Positions 1 through 12,738 of a stretch of DNA of 64,000 bases are shown here, piece by piece (position 1 is the stretch's first letter; each line of letters begins with the position of its first letter). Under the pieces are notes generated by a model. The model searched no databases. It was not told the DNA's origin and was given only the letters and a program-made list of their open reading frames with translations. Source of the DNA: Dipteris shenzhenensis (Eukaryota); the NCBI GenBank assembly GCA_047967505.1, contig CM106538.1; one strand, 5' to 3'. Made by a program: the position numbers and the translations under genes.

Positions 1-660
1 AAAAGAATTTGTACATTTTTTGTATAGATCATGAGACCTCATGGCGCACTTTCTAATCTATGTTTGTAAGCTTCAGCTCAATTGCAATAACTAGCTACAC
101 ATCCTAATCTCAAGCATCCATTCTTTAAAGTTACATACAATGCTCCTCCTCTCCCACGAGGAAAAATGGGTGCACCTAAAAATATGCAATGACATTTTAA
201 CCAAAAACTTTATATAAATATACAAACAAAAGGTTTTTATTCAATTCATGACAAAATCATAAAATTAAATGTTTAATAAAGGAAAAGGAATTTAGGACCC
301 ATATGTAGGGGTTTAAATATTAGCCCTTAAACACATATCATATGTGGGTTTTTCACAATTAAACCACAAGGTAGTACTATTTATATGTTCTAACCCGATT
401 TCTAGCTGAGGAGCACGTGAGTGAATAGATATCTCTAGAAGTGCATGCCAATTTGTTCCATTTGTGCAAACAATTGTCATATTGATGATCGTGTACTCAT
501 TAGAGATGTTCTGCATCATGTAGTTTCCATGACTTCCAGTGAACTCTTCATGCATGTGCATGAAAGTGCAAGGGGTTGACGGTGCAGAGGGGGTGATAGT
601 GATTAGGACCCAGGTTCGTTAAGGGAAGATCTCACTTTTTCTAGCATCATAATTCGAGAT

Positions 661-1100
661 GCCATGTTTGAATACCGAGGGGTAGTGAGTGAGAACGAAT
701 GGCTCCTTACTGAAACAAATCACTTGAATGCATTGCTCCAACAATCTAGACAAAGGTTAGACATCAAAAATGCCTATGAGGAGCAATGTCAAATTGCAGC
801 TTCATATCATCAACAAGCACGAGATGCATAGGCCGCACTTCAACATATCAAAGAAGGAGGCTACATTCGTAACCTTGATCCAAATTTTGTGGGCCTGCTA
901 GTCAGAAAGCCCTACCATTTTGGAGCCCATTACTTTTGTGGATGATGAACCTATATGTCCTATATGCCAAGATCATTTTGATATGGTGACCAGTTATTAT
1001 GCTCTCCTATGTTGCCATTAACATCACTTGGCTTGCCATGTGAAGGTGATGGCTCAAAGAATTAGCAAAAGATATGCCAGCATGGAGATGGTGGGAAGAG
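661..1100 (+). pseudogene. Decayed ORF ending in a RING-H2-like zinc finger, probably TE-borne
   Basis: From 941 the frame reads DDEPICPICQDHFDMVTSYYALLCCH*HHLACH (CxxC...CxH..HxxC). The upstream frame from 661 reads MFEYRGVVSENEWLLTETNHLNALLQQSRQRL... with a stop and a frameshift. Confidence 0.35.
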
Positions 1101-1769
1101 TGTGCAACATCCACGCCTCATCTACAAGCCTTGGCCATGAAGGTATTGTCATAACTTTGTAGCAACTCCTTTAGTGAACAAACATAGAGTAACTATAAGA
1201 GAGATCAGAGAGACCTGTAAACCTCTATGGAAATGGTAAAGTGCTGGACGATGTAAAAGGGGTGTGTAGTGATGATGATATGCCAAATTGGGTAAACACA
1301 GATCTTCCAGGTCCCTTGCATGATGATGCTCTTGTGCTTACACATCCTAAGATGAATTAGATCTACAATTCGGAAGAAGAGGTGGTGGCATGATGTACCG
1401 AAGAATACTGATTTGCAAAACTGAATGATTGAAATAGCATGTAGCATGTTCCTAAAACATGTAACATTTGGAATACAATACTCAAAACTCAATTCTTGAA
1501 ATAACATAATGCAAGTTAGAAATTTGCAAATACAACATGGGAACTTTTTATAATTTCTCGCAACATCTCAAAAATCCATTAACAAAATTGATGTATGTCA
1601 TTACAATAGATGTCCAAAGTGCAACGGCATCACTAACTTGGATAGGAGTCCCAACATGTTATAGTCTACCCAACTGAGGATCAGATGATAATATTGCTCT
1701 AATGCCAAGAATATCATACAATTGTCGAGCCAGAGGAGCATTATGGGTTGGACATGCACTCCTAGCATG

Positions 1770-1770
<1 letters not shown>

Positions 1771-1819
<49 letters not shown>

Positions 1820-1826
1820 CCTCCCT

Positions 1827-1858
<32 letters not shown>
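1771..1858. repeat. Compound (CT)n/(CCCT)n microsatellite
   Basis: Seen directly. Confidence 0.95.
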
Positions 1859-2104
1859 ATCCTACATGTCAGCTAGGTCGAGGCAATTTCGACTGGCCGA
1901 AGCAAGCCACCACCTGGCCCTAAAAGATACACACAAAACTAAAAATAGAAGCAAAAAACTCACTAAAGGGAAGGTGATCCAAGTATTGCAGGATTTTGGT
2001 AGCGAACGAGGGAAAAATGTGAGGCGGGTTACTTTTATAGACCTACGCAAAATAACCTCACAATATATCAAGTTACTGTGTAGTAATTGGAGCACCCCAC
2101 TTGG

Positions 2105-2190
2105 CACACATGTACAAAGTTGTCACCCCATGTCCAAAGTTGTCACCACATGTACAAAGTTGTCACCCCATGTCCAAAGTCATCGCCACA
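2105..2190. repeat. 20-bp tandem repeat, about 4 copies (CATGTMCAAAGTTGTCACCM)
   Basis: Seen directly; A and C variants alternate. Confidence 0.85.
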
Positions 2191-3209
2191 TGGTGCAAAA
2201 ATTTACCGCATGGTATATGGATTTATTATGCAGTGAATCAAATTTTACCACGTGTTGTTTATTACAAATACTATGCGGTATATTTGTTTACAACCCTTGT
2301 TTGTTTGGTCAACAAGTCACCTAAAATCGATTGGAAAAATGCATTGTTCATATTATATTTTAAAAATGTACTTTTTAGCCTTGTTCATTTCATGATCAAA
2401 TGGAACAATGGAAGAGAGTCCCCTTGGAACTTGGAAGTGCGTTGGATATGGTGTTTCCCTTGAACTTTTGTCGAAGAAAGATAGATCCTTACTAAGAGAG
2501 AGGTGGAGATGATGATTGATGATTTTCCTCTTGTGATGGGGATTGCGTCTTCTTGTGAATAACTCATGGGACTTATGAATTTCCTTCCCGAAGAAGGGGA
2601 TAAACTATTCATAATCAAACTCTTATATGCATCTATCACCCCTATTAGAGTTCACTTCAAGGAAGAGTCTCATCAAATGGCCATTAGGTGTGAACTGTAG
2701 TGCTTCTAAGTACAAATTTTGGAGTAAGTGTGTAAAATGTCATCATCCATGGGTCACTTCTATGGGCTAGGTATAGACTTGGTTACAAGGTTGGGTACTA
2801 GGTTGATAGCCACATGCTCAACATTTGCAAATTCAAAAATCATTTTGATTTGTGATGACCACTTTAGACGTGTGACCAACCTTTATCAGTTCATAGGTTA
2901 TGAGGAAATTTGTGACCCTAAGTGTATTTGATCTTGTCTTCGGACCTCTATAGGACTTGGACTAGTTGTCTAAGAGACATGGTTTCCTCTTGACATATGA
3001 ACTCGTCTTTGGCTTTCTATAAGATTTGGACCAGTTGTTTACGAGACATGGTTTCCTCTTGATCTATGATCCATGGCTTAAGCTATGCCCTAGAATGTCA
3101 CATCCCTCGCCTCCTCCAATGAATTGATGGTAGCGAGCCACCACAGAGGCAACTTGCTAGACTAATAACAATAGGTGGAAATGGAGTACACACAAGGGGC
3201 CAAATCTCT

Positions 3210-3375
3210 AATGTGGCATCATGTTGCATCTTGTCATGTAGCATCATCATGCATTTTATCATGTGGCATCACATGTGTCACCATCATGCATCATACCATC
3301 ATCATATTGCATCATGCAGCATACCATCATCTCGTTGCATCATGCATCATGTCATCAGTGTTGCATCCTACCATA
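3210..3375. repeat. Low-complexity GCATCAT-like repeat
   Basis: Seen directly; explains the His/Cys-rich spurious ORFs. Confidence 0.7.
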
Positions 3376-4768
3376 TGAAATGTTGCATGGACACAAATTA
3401 AATGTTACAGGTCCTTGAATTGCGAAATGTGATATGCTCCATGCATTGAGACTACACTTTTCCATGTGCTTGAATTTATGTGTATGTAGAATTTATGCAT
3501 ATGTAGAATAGCTTACTTACTATCTACATTTTGCAAATGGCCACAAATACACCTGCCACAACTAGTGCCTACCTTCACATAGGCCATTCAAATTGTCGGA
3601 AGGAGATGAGCCACATCATAATGACAAAGTTGGAAGAGTAGGTAAGAGACACATGAGAGGAGGATCAAGAAGAAGAGGAGTGCAAACATACAATTTGTGT
3701 ACACTGTGAGAGCTTGCAAAGGATTGCCACTACATCTCCCAACATTTTCTAGACACTAAGATCTAGTTAGCATTCATGTTACTGACATCAAGAACTTGGT
3801 GTCCAAGGACGAGGTATTTTCCATTTAGCCATTAGATGCAAAGGACCAATCTGATATACAGAAGGCAAAGCAACCCCTCACTTTTTGAATCTCTCAACTC
3901 ACTACTCCACCACCATCTCCAAGTTTCTTTGATCCTCCATTTTTCCACTACCACTTTTTTTGTTGATCTCCTCCCCCACCTCCACCACCATTTTTTCTGT
4001 CTATCAACCCCCCGTCAACCTCCTCCACCACCACTTCCACTTTTTATCCACTTTAAGGTATACCTCCTGAGACCCTCCCTTCTTTCCCTCTTTTAATGTT
4101 GTGATCTTCCCCCTCACTTTCGAACGCCTCCTACTTCTCATTTCCCCCTCACTTTCCATGTCTCCTGCTTCTCCTTTCCCCCTTCACTCATCTTTTCCCC
4201 TTCAAAGTTCGTTCCTTCATTTGCCCCTTCCCACCCCTTTTCCCATTCCCCCCCTTTAGTCCATTTTTGCCTCTTCTAATGCTTTTTTTAAAGTTGAATG
4301 TTAGAAAATTAGGTGCTCATTTAGTTTGGGAGAAATTGGGTGACCGGCATTCAATTTTTTGTGAAAAATCTATGTTGATTTTGCCAAAAATTGCCAAACT
4401 TTGATGACCTATATATTTTGGTTGACAAATCCAAATCAAATGTAGCAAATATATTTTGGTCATGTAGCATATCAAATCAAATGGCAAGGCATGATTTAGA
4501 TATTTAACATGTTGTTGCACCATTTAATAAAGTCACATGCAACAAATAAGCATTTAATAAATTTATGACCCACTATTTTAGAGCATGATCACACATTTTA
4601 GGCTATCATTTCTCAGGGTGAGGATAACTAGACCCTCCTTTTCCAAGGGGGCATTGAAACAAAAAATACTCTCCCCTTCCATTTTCTTCTACCCCTTTTC
4701 TTTCTCTTTCGCCCCCTTCAATTCTCTCTCCCTCATTCCTCCTTGCTTTTCCCTTTCATTCCCCCTTC

Positions 4769-4918
<150 letters not shown>

Positions 4919-6169
4919 CCCACTTGCTTTTCAACCCTTGAATTTTTGTCTCACGAACATTTGATTTATGTCGGCCACCCTCGTATTTTGTTAGCAAATG
5001 GTACCTTCGATCAAATGTAGAACCCTCATTTCCATTGATTTCCCTCCTCCAATTCCATTACTCCTCTCATTCCACCAAAAATATATCTAATATTTTTTGT
5101 CCATGTATTTTTTCATACCTCCCTTTAATTTTTTGTTGCTCATGCATTGTGGCTGATTTCTCTACTTAGTGGCCACCTTCCTCCTTTTGCTTCATTTGCT
5201 TGCTTGCTTACAATCTACACTGCCATTTATGTTGACCATTTTATTAGCCAACTCCATCATGCACTATGCCTAGTCGCATTGTCCTGGTGGTCATACTACT
5301 CCCTATGCTCCTATCGGTCAACAACACTGCCCCGACAAAACCATAACAAAGCACTACTACCTACCAAGCCATTGCAACATCTAGCTCTACCAATCTCCTC
5401 CCCATGACCACATTACCTAGCACTGCCTACTACTGCTGCCTACTAACAATGAGTTATCGCCACATGACACGTTTGCCCTCCACTGCCACCTCATGCTTCT
5501 ATCATCCCTCTATGTGAGAGCTCAACAAAGCCCTCTACGCACTCTGTTAGTCCCGACTGCCCACCATCATGCTGTGCCATTGCCCGACAATGGCACCTCT
5601 GTTAGTCCCCACTGCCCACCATCGTGTTGTGCCATTGCTCGACAATGGCTGGCCCCTACCCATCTCTATGGAAAAGTCCCTGAACCTCATCAACTAACCC
5701 TACCTAGCCTAATCCAACCCTCAACTAACTAAAATCAATAGGTTAGCTCAGAGGATCATAGTTTTTTAAATGTGATCATAGTCATTAAGTTAGTTTCCTT
5801 TCGACAATTAGATTAAACCAACCATAGACAATTAGTTAACACTAACCATTGTTGGTAAGTCTTTACAATAAGATAATAACTATAGTTAGGTTAACTCCAC
5901 CTAGGCTAGTCAAATCAAATAATAAACACCTAACTACAATAGGTTAGGCTAGCTTTAACCTCAGTTCAAAAAAAAAAAGAGAGATAAAGAAAGAAATACC
6001 CTTGATTGAAAATTGCAAAAATTGTTTTCAAGGCCCTAACTTGTTCATTTGGAGGCCAGCATTGCACACCCTCTTTTTTTTCCCTTGAGTGCCTGCTATT
6101 GCTAGTGTTGGATGGTTTAGCTTGGGGTACTTTACCACCATTAATGCTTGAAGGATCGCCAAATGACTA

Positions 6170-7490
6170 TCAAAGATCTAATGTGGCATTATCCACTTCT
6201 ATTTCCAGGTCCCAGTCAAAGTCTACACTATAGCCTTCAATGATGGCCTTATCAAGTTCATTATCCCATTCAAGGCCAACCATAAACATTGGAACTTCAG
6301 AATGAATTGGGCCTTCATGCATGAGTGAATATTCTACTTGCATGACCTTTGTAGGACTAGATCTAGTGTGTGGCAATTGTCAATGGTTGACAATGCTTGG
6401 ATCCAATTGTCGATATTGCTTTGTGTATCCCCAATTGAGACATTTTGTTGTGGGGAGGCTAATTTCCTAGAGGCCATGGTAGAAGAATATCATCTAGTGG
6501 TCTAGGCACAATTGGTCTTTTTGCTCCTTACCCCACATTAATTCTCACTGCTATGTTGCAAATTTTTATTGTGAGTCTATTGGTTCCCCAATCATGTAAC
6601 ATTGATGCCTCTCATAGGCAAGGGCATCCAAGTAAAACTTGATAGGATGTCTTGGGGAGATCCAATATTGTGGCTGGAGTGAAAATCAGATTCCTGCTAC
6701 CTTTGTGGATATCCCATCCACTACACCCAAGGGTTTTTTGCATGAATCATCTACAAAGCGAATGTTAAATTGAGACTTCTTCATTGATAGGAGGCCCCAT
6801 TCATCGTAGAGATATTTTGATAAGACATTCATACCTGATTGGATTAGGATGTCTTCTATTTCTTCCACAAGCAGAGGGAGATTTGCCAATTTAACCCATA
6901 CCTTGAAAGTCTCCCAAAGGTTGGGGCAATGTCATATGAGAATTTCAATAGGTATGGACACAAGGTAGCTTAGAATGCTTGAGAGTATTGCACCTTCCAG
7001 TTGGCATTGTGGAACATTATGTTGTGGCTTTTGTTGATGGAACAGGGGCTCATTGGTGTCAAGACTTGGTGGAGCCATGTCAGGGACTGAATCTTATGCT
7101 TGTTTTTCAACTTCAAATTGGGCTTGTTCCTTTTCCACCCATTTTTGAAGTGCTTGAAATTGAGCCTTTTCCAATTCAGCGTGGGTATGGAGCTTCTTTG
7201 ATATGTGGATCCAAACCAGAGGTCGATGTACTCAGCTCTTCTTTACTTTGCCGAGGAATGGGCACTTGTTCTTATGTTAAAGATGGGTGCGATGAGGGCC
7301 CATAGGTGCAGTTATGGGTTCCCTTCCTTTTGCATACAATGGTGCAAAAAGCGCTATGGAAGAGAGAAGCAAAGTCATATGGAGAGGCAGCAACTCGAAC
7401 ACACTTAGTGATAAAGTAGTGACCAAGTGCATAATACAATCATGCAAAAAAGCACCCAAAAAGCACCTCTTCTCTCTTTGTCCCCTCAAT
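6170..7490 (-). mobile_element. Degraded Ty3/Gypsy-like gag-protease relic
   Basis: ORF 6686-6889 (DILIQSGMNVLS...FNIRFVDDSCKKPLGVV) followed by SYQVLLGCPCL..LHDWG resembles retroviral-type aspartyl protease. A zinc-knuckle-like remnant lies near 7400-7445. Confidence 0.5.
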
Positions 7491-7790
7491 AGCCACCTTG
7501 CAATCTTTCACCCTCTTGTTCCCTTTACAATGTGCAAGAAATGAAGTGAGCATTGCGGATTCACCATATGCTTTTTAAATAGGTAGTGTAGGAAGACACA
7601 AATACTCCAATCATGAAAGGAAGTGAGCATACGGGATCCATCATATGTTTTTTAAATAGGAGCATAGGAAGACACAAATACATGGATACAAAAGTGGGCG
7701 TAAGAATGTGTGGAGAACCAAGAAATCAAAAGGGTTACTAACCATGTCATAAGATTGAATAAATGCTATGCAAAGGGAATCATCCACTGG

Positions 7791-10700
7791 TTAAAAGATT
7801 GGCCTTGTGCATACCATTGCATACATCAAGCTACCAATTGTTAATGCATATGGAACCCTTAACACATAGTCAATCTCCTCCTTAGCCGGAGGTGTAGAAG
7901 TAAGTTTTGCATTTTGCATTTCAAACCTTTCCAATACCTTTTCAATGTACTCACTCTGAGACAATGTCAACTTTTGGTTTTTCCTATCTCTTGTTATTCT
8001 CATGCAAAGGATTTGCTTTGTAGCACCCGAATCCTTCATTGTTGCAAAAGTATTTGCCAATTTCCTCTTGAGCACATTTATATCATCCTGCATGTTAGAG
8101 CTTGCAATGAGCATGTCATCAACATACAACAACAAGATCACGTATGTACCATTGTCTAGTTTCTAAGAATAAACACAGTGCTTTCAATGACATCTATTAA
8201 AGCCTTGTTTTGCCATAAACCTTTCAAACTTCAAATACCATTGCCTTAGAGCTTTCTTTAAACCATACAGACTTTTCTTCAACCTGCATACCAATTCCTC
8301 CTTTCCTTTGACCTCATATCCCTGTGGTGGTTGCTGCATGTAAATCTCGTCCCCTAGATCCGCATGAAGAAAAGTTATCTTCACATCTTAATGTTCAAAA
8401 TGCAAGTCTTCTACAGCCACAAGACTCAGAATAGTTTTGATTGAAGTCATTTTAACAATAGGAGGGAATATTTCATCAAAGTTTCTTCTGTGCAAACCCC
8501 TTTACAACAAGCCTTGCCTTGTACATCCTTTTTCCTCCATCTTCTTCTTTCACCCTATAAACCATCTATTCCACAAGGTTGTTTTTTCCATAGGCAAGCA
8601 AACCAAATCCCAAGTTTGGGTTTGTAGCAAAGTGCCCATTTCCTCTTCCATGCCTTGCTCCCACTCCTTTTTGGATTCTACCTGCATTGCTTCTTCATAC
8701 ATTTTTGGTTCACTAGAATCAATCAATAAAACATAATTAAAAGTAAGAGAAAATCGCTCAGGTGGTGTACTTACCCTTATACATCTTCTAAGTGCACGTG
8801 GAGGAATTTGAAGTTCTTACTGTTGCTATTGTTGCACATTCTCATTTTCTACAGCCTTTGGAATTTCATCTCCTATGATTTCAACAAGGGCTGTGTATTC
8901 TGTGTCTGCATTTTCTTTCTTACTTTTCTGCAAGTGAGCTTTATACATAATAGGCTCATTAAATACAACATCTCTGCTCCTAATGAATTTGTTACTTTCA
9001 TAATCCCACAGACGGTAACCAAACTCACTAGGATGCACTTCTTGGATTTTGCCTCAATATTTGTTCTCAATTCCTCATCAACATGGAAAAATGCTTCACA
9101 ACCAAAAACCTTTAGAAAAGAATACTTAACATTTTAACCTATCCATGCCTCTTCTGGACACTCCCTCTCTTCTTGGCCTTCGTTTGACTTGCTTCACCAC
9201 CTTACAATTTGGTAGTGTGATGAAGAGTGTGGTATTGAGGGTTGGCACTGATAATTATCATGCCAAGATATGCCCTCGAAAGCAAGGGCATACATGCCTC
9301 CATCTAAGGAACTTGAAGGTGATCTATTTATCAAGTAAACAACTATATTCATGCTTCATCCCAAAGCTATAAGGGTAGCCCTGCATGTAGTTTCATGCTC
9401 CTTGCACAGTCCATGATTGTTCTGCTCATTCTCTCTGAGACTGGGTTTTCTTGTGGCATTCTTGGCTCATTCTTGGAGTTGTCTTCTCTCTAAGAATTCC
9501 ATTGTATGAATAGTAACTATCAAATTCTTTATTGCAGCGTTCACCTCCATTATCAAATCTAAGGGGCCTTCAACTTCTTTCCTACCTCATTCAAGCTTTC
9601 CATTTCTTAAAATTTTCAAGACATTTAGATTTCTTTGAATGCAATAAACCCAAGTTTTTCTAGTTGCATCATCAATAAAAGTAACATAATAGTGAGAACC
9701 ACTAAGAGATCATACATCAGTAGGACCCCATACATCTGTATGCACAAGCTCTGGCTTTTCTCTCTTCTTTTCTTTCCCAACTTTGAGAAATCTAACTCTT
9801 TTGTTTTCCATAAACACAATTCCCACAAAATTCCAAATCAACCCACTTCAAACCTGGCAACAGGCTTCTTGAGTGAAGAATCTGCATCCCCTTCTCACTC
9901 ATGTGCCCAAGCCTATGATGCCACAGAGCTGTATTTGCACCTATAGAAGCTAAAGCAATAGAGGAGTAAGCATTACTGATACACTGAATACAATGTACCT
10001 AGCTTGGGTCCTTTTGCTATTACCATTGACCTTTTTGTGACCTTTCACAAATTTCTTGCAAATGTGTTTGTGCAGCCTTCATCATCCAATTGTCTTGTTG
10101 CTAAAATTAAGTTTCTTTTTAAATCAAGAACATGTCTTACCTCCTTCAGCAACCATTGGTTTCCATTCTACAACTTTATCAACACCTTTCCCTTTCCAAC
10201 AACCTTCAATGCTTCATCATCACCTAAATGAACAACTCCAAAATCACTTTGAACATAGTCTTGAAAACATTTCCTATGAGGTGTAGCATGAAATGAAGCC
10301 CTTGACTCCACTACCCATGTATCAATGATAGTATTTGATGAAAGAATTAAGGCATCTTGCAACACACTACCTGCTACATTTGCTTCCTACATATTCTCTT
10401 GTTGTCAGTCTCCTTCCTTTTTCTTTCGTGACCAATAGTATTTCTTCCATTATCCCTTCTTCCCACAATGCCAGCACTACAAGTTCCCTTTGGATTTGGA
10501 CTTATTGAACATTGAATCTTGACTTGTCGTGATGTCCTGAGCTCTTTCCTCTCTCCCTTTGTCTTCCTCTCTTCTCAAGAGTCAAAGCATTACTTGATGT
10601 TTCACCTGTGCTTTTCTGTCGCATTTCCTCTCTAAGGAGAACACCAACAACATCATCAAACTTTAAAGTGTTCAACCCAAAAATAGAGTTACTCACACAT

Positions 10701-11148
10701 CCATGACCAAGTTATCCCAACATTCTGGCACTGAGCACAAAATCAAGAGAGCTCAAACCTCCTCGTCAAATTTCACTCCTACAGACATTAGTTGGCCTGT
10801 ATTTGTATTGAGCTTATTCAAATGATCAACTATCAATCCACCTTTTAGCATCTCTATATTGAATAGATGCTTCATAAGAAATACCTTGTTAGAAGCTGAT
10901 GGTTTTTCATACAATGTATCTAGTGTGCTCATGAAGTCCTTTGTTGTCTTCTATTCAAGAACATTAAAAGCCACTGATGCTCCCAAACACAGTCGTATCA
11001 TTCCTAGCACCTTTTTCTCAAGAACCTCTGAATCTTTGGCTGACATACTTGTAGGCCACTTTGTGATCCCACCTAATGGCAAGAAAAGGTCCTTCTAGTA
11101 TAGATAATCCTCAAACTACATCTTCCAATGATGGTAGTCCTTACCATT
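7791..11148 (-). mobile_element. Copia element A, left part (degraded gag-PR-IN-RT, truncated before RNase H)
   Basis: [34 protein letters not shown]...[40 protein letters not shown]; many stops and frameshifts. Confidence 0.92.
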
Positions 11149-11319
11149 TGTGGGGGTTAAAGGTCACTGTGCCTTTACCCCGGTTATGTACAATACTCAA
11201 ACACATATATAAATGAATGAAAAAGAAGATTAGGGTGGTTTTGCACCCACCAAAACTTGTGTGGCTCTCTGTCTCTCTCTCTCCTTCTTCCGTTCTTGCT
11301 TCCGTTGAGAGCACTCTCA
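11149..11319 (+). repeat. 5' LTR of element B (171 bp)
   Basis: Matches 16863-16998; contains TATATAAA; followed by the Met-tRNA PBS. Confidence 0.95.
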
Positions 11320-12738
11320 ACTGGTATCAGAGCCCAGGTGATCTAGCCCTGATCTAGCTGAGCGTGCATGAATGCTTGAAGCTCAACAGCTCTGTGGGAA
11401 GCTTTGTGGGTGACTTTACTTGCATTCGAGTGTGTAGAGACCTTAGAGGAACCTTTGGAAAAGTCACTTTGGCTTTACGAAGTGTTTTGAGAGCCTGTTA
11501 AGTGTTTTCAAAGAAAAAGTCATTTTTTTGAGCTTTTCCCTGTTCCGTTCGATGACAGAGACTCCACATTGACTTGTAGAGGCAACTATTGCTTGCTTTT
11601 AGTGTCCACTTCACTTCAGGGGCTTGGAAACACCTTCATTCTTGAATCTGGGATCATTTCATTAGATTTTTGACTCACTGTGTTAGTTTCTGCGTTTTTT
11701 GCCCGGGTATTGGAACTCAAGTTTGGAGCAACCATTTGCAGATCTGTCAGTTCTGGTGGACTCAGAGGTCCTAAATCTTCTATGTTGCTCATCATTTGCA
11801 CTCCGGTGGAGTCTACAAACAACTTTGTTTCCAAAAACGTTTTTCAGTCCGTGTGTTGGACCCAGCGATTGAGACCACGTTTTCCAAAACCGTTTATCCC
11901 ATTGCCTTCCGGATGCCCAAAAACCCCTACCTATCAGTTCTTATGCAATTCGGTGGAGGATTTTCAGAGTTATAGATCTCTATGTATTCGATTTCGTCTC
12001 TCTGTTATGCATTTTTCATTCTAAGGTTTTGAAACCTTAGATTTATGCCACATGGCAGTGGATAAGTGTTGACTCCCATTTCTCACTCATCGGTTGGGAT
12101 TTTCGAGTTCCAACAGAAGAGAGATATTTGCAGATTTTCTTGCTGAGTCCGATTATGCAATGGTGCCCATGTTTTGAGGCATCTCAGGTTCTATTTTTAG
12201 TAGCAGTCATTACCATAGGACCATGATTTCTTGAGCATACCTTATGCAGATCACTCTGGTTGTAGTTTGAGTAGTGTGCGCTCATTCGTGGTATGCATTG
12301 GGTTGCAGTGGATGATTTATAAGCCTTTTGGATGCATTGCGGTCCTTATTGGATAGGCCCAAATTGCCTTGTGGGATACTATTTTTATGGACGCTTTGCA
12401 CATGGATGCTATTTTATCCTGAGGGACAACTTTGACACATTGCAGGTGATGCACTAATAGTGCTATGCTCTCTTGGATGAGATATTATTGATGCATATGC
12501 CAGTGGATGATGTTTATGCTTGAGTCATTTGGCACTTATTGGCATTTTCTTTTGGGCCAGATTTGCTCATATGGATGCATAGTATATGCACATGAGTCAA
12601 ATGCATCTTTTGATGCTTTGAGCTTTGAGTTTTGGTGATATTTCACTCTATTGTGGCATACACATTTGGGTGCACCTGGTATTTGGTGTGATTCTCTCTT
12701 GCAGGTGCTAGCATTTGGGATTTTGTTTCATTTGCATC

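Noticed and set aside
2105-2190. CRISPR-like array
   Set aside because: The repeats are contiguous with no unique spacers, there are no cas genes, and the context is eukaryotic.
2385-3900. ORF-like remnants, also at 1500-1770 and 19950-20400
   Set aside because: No recognisable domain and several stops; cannot be assigned without a search.
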